Below, piece by piece: positions 22,597 to 29,639 of a DNA stretch of 40,000 bases. Within the stretch, counting starts at the first letter, position 1, and the number at the start of each line of letters is the position of its first letter. Position numbers and translations under genes: made by a program. The DNA lies in assembly GCF_003999375.1 (NCBI RefSeq), contig NZ_RJLC01000014.1, positions 267,193 to 307,192 on the forward strand, read 5' to 3'. This stretch comes from Pseudidiomarina mangrovi. GTDB lineage: Bacteria; Pseudomonadota; Gammaproteobacteria; Enterobacterales; Alteromonadaceae. Under the pieces are notes generated by a model, which worked only from the letters and a program-made list of their open reading frames with translations, did not search any database and was not told the DNA's origin.

Positions 22597-22902
22597 ATGG
22601 ATCGTGAAACTGTGAATAGTATTGAAGTACTCGATACCGGAGAGCTTTTTCTAGGCCTTGAAGGCAGGGGCAAACCGATGTATCAGCATGTCTACAGAGA
22701 AGCGGCTGGGGTCTATTGGGATGAAACCAGGAGCGGCTTTAAATCCACTCCTATGAAGGACTGGAGTTACTCGCAGTGGTACAAGCAAATTGTGGCGATT
22801 GTCCGCTATATAGGAGTGGAGCTAGCTCTTGCCGATGATGTCACTTGGTCTGGCGTATCAGAAGAAGAAAAAGCGGAAATTGAGCGTGTCAAAGCCATCT
22901 AA
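22597..22902 (+). CDS. hypothetical protein, cassette 13
   Basis: 101 aa from the first in-cassette ATG; stop TAA in the inverse core. No family recognised. Confidence 0.6.
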   Translation: MDRETVNSIEVLDTGELFLGLEGRGKPMYQHVYREAAGVYWDETRSGFKSTPMKDWSYSQWYKQIVAIVRYIGVELALADDVTWSGVSEEEKAEIERVKAI

Positions 22903-22974
22903 CCAAGCCATTAAGTTCACTCCCTACGGTCGCCCGACGCTCGCAAGCTTGCGCCTCTGCTGGCGGCGTTACAA
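22897..22974 (+). repeat. attC site 13 (78 bp)
   Basis: ATCTAAC ... GTTACAA; same family as attC 5 and 14. Confidence 0.8.
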
Positions 22975-22983
22975 GGCAAGCGA

Positions 22984-23463
22984 GTGATGAGTTACCTTCA
23001 CGTTACAATCAAAACGAAAAGCTCGGATGGCTGGCTTTGTATCTTCAAAGATTTGTCGGCATCTGACCTTAAACGAAGCCTGGTTAAGCCCTATCGGCTC
23101 GGAAAACCAATCTTTTACGATGGCAATATACTTTTTCCAAGTGAAATCACGCACGTGAAGATCACAGAAACAGAAAGCCCGCATGAAGAAGAATTAGAAG
23201 TCGTGCAAGAAGAAAGTTATAGAGATGTCCAAGAATTCAATCGCACAAGCTCAAGCGTCGTTTTGGTAAGTGCGGGCTATGGGTATAGTGACTATGAAAT
23301 CAATGAGTGTGGCAAAGACGTAACCAGCTCATACATAACCAGTGGGCCCGGAGTGGGCACCCCATTCACGGTGGTCGCTGAGTTTATTAGGCATCCCTGG
23401 GTGGTGCGCGTCGTTGGCGGCTTGGTGTTTGTAGCCGTGGCTGCATACTTGGGGCTTAAGTAA
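22984..23463 (+). CDS. hypothetical protein with soluble N-terminal domain and single C-terminal TM anchor, cassette 14
   Basis: 159 aa; acidic linker (EEELEVVQEE); C-terminal VVRVVGGLVFVAVAAYLGL helix. No family recognised. Confidence 0.6.
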   Translation: MMSYLHVTIKTKSSDGWLCIFKDLSASDLKRSLVKPYRLGKPIFYDGNILFPSEITHVKITETESPHEEELEVVQEESYRDVQEFNRTSSSVVLVSAGYGYSDYEINECGKDVTSSYITSGPGVGTPFTVVAEFIRHPWVVRVVGGLVFVAVAAYLGLK

Positions 23464-23469
23464 AATGCC

Positions 23470-23547
23470 TTGTAACAAGGCCATTAAATTCGCTCCCTAC
23501 GGTCGCCGGACGCTCGTTCCTCGCGCCGTTTATGGCGGGCGTTAGCT
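23470..23547 (+). repeat. attC site 14 (78 bp)
   Basis: TTGTAAC ... GTTAGCT. Confidence 0.8.
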
Positions 23548-23610
23548 GGGATTGCCTTACCCGTAAAGTGATACTATAGTGTCACTTGAAATTTAGAACA
23601 GGGTGAACCC

Positions 23611-23868
23611 ATGAAAGTTGAGCTAGTTACGAACCTCAAGCGCCAAGCTACAAAGATTCTGGCAGATCTGCACTTGTCGAAAGAGCCCGTATTGATTACG
23701 GAGCATGGCCAGCCATCTGCATACCTTGTTGATGTGCAAGATTATGAATTCATGCAGCGTCGGCTTGAGCTGCTTGAGGGGCTCTCTCGGGGAGAGCGTG
23801 CTGTACTTGAGGGAAGAACGTATAGCCAAAGTGGGGCCAGAGAGAAACTGAGTAAATGGCTGAAGTAG
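23611..23868 (+). CDS. Phd/YefM-family antitoxin, cassette 15
   Basis: 85 aa; NLKRQATKILADLHLSKEPVLITEHGQPSAYLVDVQDYE is a typical Phd/YefM N-domain. 13-nt overlap with the toxin gene. Imperfect palindrome GTGATACTATAGTGTCAC upstream. Confidence 0.85.
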   Translation: MKVELVTNLKRQATKILADLHLSKEPVLITEHGQPSAYLVDVQDYEFMQRRLELLEGLSRGERAVLEGRTYSQSGAREKLSKWLK

Positions 23869-24158
23869 TCTGGACAGAGTCAGCCCTCCAAGAACTTGAT
23901 GCTATTGCTGAGTATATTGCTTTGGACAATCCTGCTGCCGCAAGCGATCTCGTTAAGGAAGTTTTCGGTAAGACAGAGCGTTTGGAAAATTTCCCCAAAT
24001 CGGGGCGGATTCCTCCAGAGCTCCCGGATTCGGTATACAGGGAGGTAGTGGTTCCACCGTGTCGCATTTTTTATCGTGAGGATGAGCAGCGGGTTTTCGT
24101 CCTCTATGTCATGCGAGAGGAGCGGCAACTTCGTGCGTTCATGCTTGGAAACAGCTAA
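23856..24158 (+). CDS. RelE/ParE-superfamily toxin (ParE-like), cassette 15
   Basis: 100 aa; W-x3-A-x2-L-x2-I-x2-YI N-terminus and RIFYREDEQRVFVLYVMREER C-terminal pattern. Confidence 0.8.
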   Translation: MAEVVWTESALQELDAIAEYIALDNPAAASDLVKEVFGKTERLENFPKSGRIPPELPDSVYREVVVPPCRIFYREDEQRVFVLYVMREERQLRAFMLGNS

Positions 24159-24230
24159 CAATCCGCGTCATTCGGGGTCTTCGACCCTTGCGACGCTCAC
24201 AATTTCGCGCGCATGCGCGGGGCGTTATGT
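24153..24230 (+). repeat. attC site 15 (78 bp)
   Basis: AGCTAAC ... GTTATGT; near-copy of attC 2 (CCGCGTCATTCGGGG...CGCGCGCATGCGCGGGGCGTTAT). Confidence 0.85.
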
Positions 24231-24626
24231 TTCCGGTAGCGCCGAGATCAAACCAAGATGGTCAACGAACGGAATGAAGTCTCGATCAGTAAATAGTAGC
24301 GGCATTTGTCTTTCGATGCAGAAAGTCGCAATAATGACGTCAGTGGTTTTACGGATGGTGATTCCTTTTTTACGGAGTGCACGATAATTTTCAGCACATT
24401 TTTCAGGCATACCTTCGCCAAACAACTCGAGCCTGCCCAAGGTCATCAGTGTCTGCTTGGTCAGGCTATATTCGCTGTCGTTCCGGATGCCTTGAAGAAT
24501 TTCTAGGAAAATCAGATCACCCATGGCGACGGTACCCGCTACAATTCCTGCATCCAGGGCATCCGTATGCTGGCTCAGAACTCCGTTAAGGTAGTCGATC
24601 CAGACACTGGTATCGACCAGAATCAC
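24225..24626 (-). CDS. vapC: PIN-domain toxin VapC, cassette 16 (inverted relative to the array)
   Basis: MILVDTSVWIDYL PIN N-terminus with acidic residues. 4-bp overlap with vapB. Its stop codon is the TTA of the attC 15 core GTTATGT. Confidence 0.9.
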   Translation of the reverse strand: MILVDTSVWIDYLNGVLSQHTDALDAGIVAGTVAMGDLIFLEILQGIRNDSEYSLTKQTLMTLGRLELFGEGMPEKCAENYRALRKKGITIRKTTDVIIATFCIERQMPLLFTDRDFIPFVDHLGLISALPET

Positions 24627-24817
24627 TTGCCGCCTCGCATCTCTTCCAGGTCACCTTCCCATTTGACTCGGCCACGCAGCTTGCGAATTTCCTGTTGCTG
24701 GCTTCGTAAGACAAGCAGTTTAAGTCCTTGTTCTACAGCTTCTTTTTTAGTGCTGCACCCGGATGATTTGAGGGCCGCCTCCATCAGGTTGTCGTCTATT
24801 ACTATGTTGGTTCTCAT
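24623..24817 (-). CDS. vapB: VapB-family antitoxin, cassette 16
   Basis: 64 aa; MRTNIVIDDNLMEAALK is typical of VapB-type antitoxins and lies upstream of vapC. Confidence 0.85.
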   Translation of the reverse strand: MRTNIVIDDNLMEAALKSSGCSTKKEAVEQGLKLLVLRSQQQEIRKLRGRVKWEGDLEEMRGGK

Positions 24818-24877
24818 AAATCACCTAGCCATGTGTATGAATGGGATATATGTACACACTCTAGCATGGGTTAAAAA

Positions 24878-24967
24878 ACATAACAATCCGCAGCAATCGA
24901 TCCCTTTGGTCGCTCGGACAGCCAAAACGCTGCGCTTATTTGGCGGCCTTTGCGCGGGGCGTTAGCA
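24878..24967 (+). repeat. attC site 16 (90 bp)
   Basis: ACATAAC ... GTTAGCA. Confidence 0.8.
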
Positions 24968-25022
24968 GCCACTTCTTTCTAGCTATCTTGCCAAATGAGG
25001 AAAAAGGGAATAATTTATACTC

Positions 25023-25247
25023 ATGCACATTGTCGAGTTTGATAACGATAAGAGCCAAGCGAATCTAGAGAAGCATGGAATCAGTTTTCGTGACGCGCAG
25101 GCCTTATGGGATGAACCACGCTACCTCGTTATTGGTCTTATTGGTAGCAAACACTGGTCTACTGTTATCACTTACCGAGGGAAGAAAATTCGTCTCATCT
25201 CGGTACGACGCTCGCGTAAGAGAGAGGTAGAGTTGTATGAAAGCTAA
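25023..25247 (+). CDS. brnT: BrnT-family toxin paralogue with a 13-codon in-frame internal deletion, cassette 17
   Basis: 74 aa; about 97% nt identity to 19383-19646 except for loss of the 39 bp encoding DQDLLEVQAKTVD (junction 25114/25115). Confidence 0.75.
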   Translation: MHIVEFDNDKSQANLEKHGISFRDAQALWDEPRYLVIGLIGSKHWSTVITYRGKKIRLISVRRSRKREVELYES

Positions 25248-25506
25248 AGACTTTGACACGAAGTTTGATGAAGGCGCAGATGACATCATTGATGATCTGG
25301 ATGTTAAGAGCGCACGGCGGGTAAACCAGGAAGCGAAACGTATTAACGTAGACTTTCCTGCTTGGGTAGTTGAGTCACTTGATCGCGAAGCTGCTCGAAT
25401 TGGTGTTACTCGACAATCCATCATTAAAGTTTGGCTGGTGGAGCGTTTGCGAGCTGAAGCTGCCAACAAGCAGCTCAAAAGTGACACCGCAAGCGGCGCG
25501 CATTAG
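25237..25506 (+). CDS. brnA: BrnA-family antitoxin paralogue, cassette 17
   Basis: 89 aa; the first 78 residues are identical to the 19636-19905 product. Confidence 0.8.
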   Translation: MKAKDFDTKFDEGADDIIDDLDVKSARRVNQEAKRINVDFPAWVVESLDREAARIGVTRQSIIKVWLVERLRAEAANKQLKSDTASGAH

Positions 25507-25519
25507 CGGAGTGTTAGTG
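25461..25519 (+). repeat. attC site 17 (59 bp), last recognisable attC
   Basis: TGCCAAC ... GTTAGTG; diverged homologue of attC 7. Confidence 0.7.
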
Positions 25520-25556
25520 TTTAATAAACGACCACTCATCGTCACTCTTCGCCACT

Positions 25557-25648
25557 CAAAGCTGCACACCTAGTGCTTGCATGTCCGATAACTATGCCCT
25601 ACTTTCAAGTACATATTTTAAACAAGCGAAGTGTTATCAGGCGCAGTC
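25557..25648 (+). other. second, integrase-less attI-like region
   Basis: Hand alignment to 15661-15753 gives 75/93 ungapped matches. It includes the TTGCAT-17-TAYTTT element and GTGTTATCAGGCG (GTTATCA at 25633-25639). Confidence 0.7.
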
Positions 25649-25716
25649 TGGCAGCTAAAGGCAGCACATAAAGTCGAACACACGTAACCGACAATTTCAA
25701 CGATAGGGAGAGGGCT

Positions 25717-26502
25717 GTGAACAACGCATCGAAACCACTGAGTGAGTCGGTTTTACGCCGTCTTACTAATACCGCCGTCACCATGTTTCTCGGCCAAGCA
25801 GCGAACTACGAGGCAGCCGCTCGACCCGGTTTGCAGTTAGCCTTGTGCAACGAGGCGGTTGCTGACATGAATATGTTGATTGTTGGGGCTGGCGCTGACT
25901 CGGATAACTTGCAGAGCATGTTGAAGTCATGTCTGGATCGGCAGCTGCCGTTTCTGGCCATCATCTTCCCTGAGGCCGACCAGGCGCACGATGAAATTTT
26001 ATCGGATATGGGCTTAGTCTATGCGGTGGATTTCCCATTTATGGTGCGTGATGACATGCCGCTCGAGCCATCCGGCAATCCTGACGTTGATGTTGTTTGC
26101 GCGTCTGGCGCTGCCGATGCCGATGCCAGCGCAGATGTGATGGTTTCAGCCTATAGCATGCCCAAAGACAGCGTGCTTCGAGCGTTGCCTGCATCGTTGT
26201 TCGAAGCGACAGGAGTCGATGCTTTCGTCGCTCGTAGCAATGGCGACACCGTTGGAACCGTTACCTTAACCTATCACGGCGATACCTGCGGCATCTGGGC
26301 GATGGGCACAGATGCGTCGCGCCAGCGTGGGGGCATCGGTCTTAGACTGCTGTCGACAGCCATGGCGCAAGCTCGCCAGAACGGAGCGCGGCGTTTTTTC
26401 CTTGGTGCAACGCCCGCGGGTTACCGTCTTTACGAGAAACTTGGTTTCCAGACTGTTTGTACGGCCCGCGTCTGGGTATCCGGCGAAAGCCACCAGGTCT
26501 AG
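25717..26502 (+). CDS. GNAT-family N-acetyltransferase (C-terminal GNAT domain)
   Basis: RQRGGIGLRLLSTAMAQARQNGARRFFLGATPAGYRLYEKLGF matches the acetyl-CoA-binding Q/R-x-x-G-x-G/A motif. GTG start. Confidence 0.7.
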   Translation: MNNASKPLSESVLRRLTNTAVTMFLGQAANYEAAARPGLQLALCNEAVADMNMLIVGAGADSDNLQSMLKSCLDRQLPFLAIIFPEADQAHDEILSDMGLVYAVDFPFMVRDDMPLEPSGNPDVDVVCASGAADADASADVMVSAYSMPKDSVLRALPASLFEATGVDAFVARSNGDTVGTVTLTYHGDTCGIWAMGTDASRQRGGIGLRLLSTAMAQARQNGARRFFLGATPAGYRLYEKLGFQTVCTARVWVSGESHQV

Positions 26503-26548
26503 CTGAGCGTTCACAGGCCATTATGCTGCTTAAATCGAGGCCAGTGTA

Positions 26549-27241
26549 TTGATCGGGCTTATACTTATTGCTATTTCATGGATTCTTTTTCGACTACAGG
26601 GACGGTCGCTTTCGGCGTTGGGTTTCAACAAACCCTCGCAGCGTCTGGTTGAGTTTACCGCGGGGCTTATGCTTGCAGGCCTGTTTGCCGCTGCGCAGTT
26701 CATTTTAATTTCACATTTTTCCGAGTTTCATTGGGTGCTGAATCCAGATTTTAGTGCGGCTATGGCATTGGAGAGCCTGCGCTGGAACGTAAACTCGGTG
26801 CTTTACGAAGAACTGGTATTCCGCGGCTACCTGCTCTACAAGGCCATTGAGTTGCTCGGAGCGAGAAAAGCCTGCTTATTATCCGCCGCAGCATTCGGGG
26901 TTTATCACTGGTTTTCCTACGGTGTTTTCGGAACTTTGGTGCCGATGGTCTATGTGTTTCTTTTAACCGGTTCTTTTGGGCTGATGCTGGCTTATTCCTT
27001 TGCCATGTCAAAGTCAGTGGTGTTGCCAATAGCACTTCACCTAGGCTGGAACATTGTGACGATATTGATATTCTCCAATGGCCCCATAGGCGCACAGCTG
27101 CTTCTGCCCAGTACAACGGAACCCATGGCGATGAGCGCCTTCCAACAGATCGTTACCAGCCTGGCAGTGCCACTTGGCTTGGTTATCTTGGTGCTGTGGC
27201 TCGTGACACAAAAGGTGCGTCGGTATGGTCAATCAGCCTGA
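26549..27241 (+). CDS. CPBP-family intramembrane glutamic endopeptidase (CAAX protease/Abi-like)
   Basis: Polytopic; motif 1 LYEELVFRGYL, then GVYHW and LHLGWN histidine motifs. Confidence 0.8.
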   Translation: MIGLILIAISWILFRLQGRSLSALGFNKPSQRLVEFTAGLMLAGLFAAAQFILISHFSEFHWVLNPDFSAAMALESLRWNVNSVLYEELVFRGYLLYKAIELLGARKACLLSAAAFGVYHWFSYGVFGTLVPMVYVFLLTGSFGLMLAYSFAMSKSVVLPIALHLGWNIVTILIFSNGPIGAQLLLPSTTEPMAMSAFQQIVTSLAVPLGLVILVLWLVTQKVRRYGQSA

Positions 27242-27315
27242 AACCACTCTAGTGCCGTTGATGTTTTGACGCTATAACGCTATAGTGACATAACGTTAAA
27301 ATTGTGAGGCTTCCA

Positions 27316-27549
27316 ATGAACGAACTATCAAAACGCTCAACGGTCTATTTCGATCCACAACTCCATGCCGCCCTTCGTCTGAAAGCCGCGCATACCCAGC
27401 GTTCACTGTCTGACATTGTCAACGATGCTGTGCGCGCTGCGCTCGCCGAAGACCAACAAGACCTTGCCGCATTCAATGAACGAATCGCCGAACCGACTAT
27501 GAGTTATGAAGCGTTGCTTGATGATTTAAAAGCGCATGGCAAGCTATAG
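27316..27549 (+). CDS. ribbon-helix-helix (CopG/ParD-like) antitoxin
   Basis: STVYFDPQLHAALRLKAAHTQRSLSDIVNDAVRAAL is an RHH fold pattern. 14-nt overlap with the toxin gene. GAGG Shine-Dalgarno before ATG 27316. Confidence 0.75.
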   Translation: MNELSKRSTVYFDPQLHAALRLKAAHTQRSLSDIVNDAVRAALAEDQQDLAAFNERIAEPTMSYEALLDDLKAHGKL

Positions 27550-27799
27550 TCTGGTCGTTAAGAAGTCGGTTGCCAAAGACTTAGAAGGTATTCCCAAAAA
27601 GGACATTCTGCGTATTCTTGCTTGTTTGCAGGGGTTAGCCGATAACCCGCGCCCTGCCGGTTGTGAAAAGCTTTCAGGCCAAGAGCGCTACCGAATTAGA
27701 CAAGGCGTTTACCGAGTTATCTATGAGATTACTGATCGGCAACTGATTGTCACCGTGGTGAAAATAGTTCATCGTAGTCAGGTGTATCGCAAACCTTAA
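27536..27799 (+). CDS. RelE/ParE-family toxin
   Basis: 87 aa; YRIRQGVYRVIYEITDRQLIVTVVKIVHR C-terminal signature. Confidence 0.8.
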   Translation: MASYSLVVKKSVAKDLEGIPKKDILRILACLQGLADNPRPAGCEKLSGQERYRIRQGVYRVIYEITDRQLIVTVVKIVHRSQVYRKP

Positions 27800-27828
27800 T
27801 TGTTATTACCTCAACCGGAGTGTGTTCA

Positions 27829-28206
27829 ATGTTTAGTCATATCATGATCGGTGCTAACAGCATCGACGAATCGAAAAAGTTTTATGATGCCGTGTTAGGC
27901 GCGCTTGGCCATAAGCCGGGCGTGTTAGATGACAAGGGGCGTTGTTTTTATTTTACCGACACCGGCGTGTTTGCGCTGACCAAGCCTATTGATGGCAAGC
28001 CGGCTAGCTGTGGTAATGGTAGCACCGTGGGTTTCGCGGCAAAAAGTACCGAAGCCATTGATGCATGGCATGCTGCTGGTCTACAAGCGGGCGGCACCGA
28101 CTGCGAAGATCCGCCAGGCTGGCGCGAAGGCCCAACTATGAAGCTCTACTTGGCCTACTTACGCGACCCTGCCGGCAACAAGATCTGCGCCCTGCTGCGT
28201 GGCTAA
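27829..28206 (+). CDS. VOC (glyoxalase/bleomycin-resistance/dioxygenase) family protein
   Basis: MFSHIMIGANSIDESKKFYDAVLGALG N-terminus and YLAYLRDPAGNKI C-terminus are typical of VOC proteins. Confidence 0.8.
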   Translation: MFSHIMIGANSIDESKKFYDAVLGALGHKPGVLDDKGRCFYFTDTGVFALTKPIDGKPASCGNGSTVGFAAKSTEAIDAWHAAGLQAGGTDCEDPPGWREGPTMKLYLAYLRDPAGNKICALLRG

Positions 28207-28594
28207 CCGACAAGCGGCGCTGCAATGCGCCGCGCTATTCTTCGCGGTTGCGGCAACAGCGTCGTTGTCGGCGTGCACCACGGGGCGGTTGGAATACCTG
28301 ACGCCTGAGGGTGAACGTAAGTATGCGTGCGCTACGGAGTACACCTGGCAACCCAGTGTCGATAAGTATGCCGTGGAATATGTGCTTGCGCATTGTGCCA
28401 AACAGGCGCAAGCGCAGGGGAATACGGTGGTTGATACGCGCTTGCTGACGCTTGATTTGTCATTGCCTAGGCCTCCTGAAGGCCGGCAATGGACACACGA
28501 ACTGGCCAAGCAACAGCATCAGTCCGGCCAGCTAACAGATCAGCAATACGGCTATATCATCGCGTATTTAGACCTTGGTCTGGATAGTGACTAA
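28199..28594 (+). CDS. hypothetical lipoprotein
   Basis: Signal peptide with lipobox LSAC. GTG start overlaps the upstream stop by 8 nt. Confidence 0.55.
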   Translation: MANRQAALQCAALFFAVAATASLSACTTGRLEYLTPEGERKYACATEYTWQPSVDKYAVEYVLAHCAKQAQAQGNTVVDTRLLTLDLSLPRPPEGRQWTHELAKQQHQSGQLTDQQYGYIIAYLDLGLDSD

Positions 28595-29213
28595 AATACA
28601 GGAGTCTATTGGTTTGTATCGAATCGCTTTGTCTTTCCTGCTCATTCCGCTGCTCGCAGGTTGCGTTTCCAAGCAAGACTTAGGTGGTTTGGCAACGGTA
28701 TCGGCACTGATCGTCGCCGTGCCTTTGGTGCCGGTAGCCGAGGCTTACCATGTTATCAATGATACCGAGGGTAAGGCCGCAGAGCAGCAACAACAATGGC
28801 GAGCTAGCTTTGACCCTGTGTACCAACAGCGAATTACCATCATCGATAACCGTGATCCGCGTGCCGATGCCGAGCGCAAGTTTGCCGCCAATACCCTCGG
28901 CTTTTTTCCGATAGAACGCGACAGTAAGTTCTTAATTGGCATGAATTGGGGTAAGAATGAGGTTGATGGCGTAGCCAATCAGCAAATCATCGATAGTGAC
29001 GAGGAGTTGACGACTTTGCAGCAACTATTTGCCGATGACCCGACTCACCAACAAGTTGCTGGTCACCGCTACAATAGCCCTGTTTACGACTGCTTTGTCG
29101 CAAAAGCGTTCACCTATCGAAAGGTCTATAACCAGCGACTCTCTGAGCTGAGCGGCTTGTATTCGGTGAGCTTAAGCAACCAACAACGAGATAACCCATG
29201 TCAGACTCCATGA
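28575..29213 (+). CDS. hypothetical lipoprotein
   Basis: Lipobox LLAGC. Start uncertain (an internal TTG/ATT-region start is possible). Overlaps both neighbours. Confidence 0.55.
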   Translation: MVWIVTKIQESIGLYRIALSFLLIPLLAGCVSKQDLGGLATVSALIVAVPLVPVAEAYHVINDTEGKAAEQQQQWRASFDPVYQQRITIIDNRDPRADAERKFAANTLGFFPIERDSKFLIGMNWGKNEVDGVANQQIIDSDEELTTLQQLFADDPTHQQVAGHRYNSPVYDCFVAKAFTYRKVYNQRLSELSGLYSVSLSNQQRDNPCQTP

Positions 29214-29578
29214 TACTGAAGGGTATTGGACAAATTGCTATTACCGTCAGTGATATTGACCAAGCGTTGGCTTTTTATAGCGACTTACTGGGCTTGCCAC
29301 TGCTGTTCCGCGCTGGGCCTAACCTAGCATTTTTGCAGGCGGATAGCGTTCGCATTATGCTCACTACGCCACAAGGTGCTGGAGCTATTGGTGCTAACTC
29401 GGTACTGTACTTTAAAGTGACCGATATCAATGCAGCGCACAGCGAATTTGTGCGCCGAGGAGCGGTCAACGAGCGTTCACCGCAATTAGCAGCAAAGATG
29501 CCCGACCATGACCTCTGGCTTGGCTTTTTACGTGATCCGGATGGCAACCTAGTTGGCTTGATGGAAGAGCGGAGCTAA
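29198..29578 (+). CDS. VOC (glyoxalase) family protein
   Basis: IGQIAITVSDIDQALAFYSDLLGL ... FLRDPDGNLVGLME is a VOC fold signature. Confidence 0.8.
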   Translation: MSDSMILKGIGQIAITVSDIDQALAFYSDLLGLPLLFRAGPNLAFLQADSVRIMLTTPQGAGAIGANSVLYFKVTDINAAHSEFVRRGAVNERSPQLAAKMPDHDLWLGFLRDPDGNLVGLMEERS

Positions 29579-29639
29579 TTCGATGTAAGCGGGAACAAAA
29601 TACTATAGTGTCACTATTTGATGCCAGTAGGTGAGAGCC

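Larger units (their letters stand above)
14624..25519. mobile_element. chromosomal integron: intI + attI + 17-cassette array (boundary is the last recognisable attC)
   Basis: Integron-type tyrosine recombinase divergent from an array of small + strand genes. 17 imperfect-palindrome sites separate the genes; each starts NNNTAAC and ends GTTRRRY. Confidence 0.9.

Noticed and set aside
24076-24965. Four overlapping + strand ORFs (24076-24387, 24306-24506, 24377-24589, 24567-24965) across cassette 16.
   Set aside because: They are antisense shadows of the well-supported vapBC pair on the minus strand. They run across attC cores and have no recognisable domains.
16319-25519. Regularly spaced repeats separating short unique segments, which could superficially suggest a CRISPR array.
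   Set aside because: The repeats vary from 59 to 100 bp, belong to several sequence families, are imperfect palindromes with RYYYAAC/GTTRRRY-type ends, and the 'spacers' are 0.3-1.1-kb protein-coding cassettes next to an integron integrase. No cas genes are present.
27288-27301. ACATAAC immediately followed by GTTAAAA, resembling an attC collapsed to its two cores, upstream of the RHH/RelE pair.
   Set aside because: With no intervening L''/L' stems it cannot fold as an attC. The surrounding CTATAACGCTATAG imperfect palindrome and TATAGT box fit a TA promoter/operator equally well. I kept it only as weak supporting context for the ghost-array idea.
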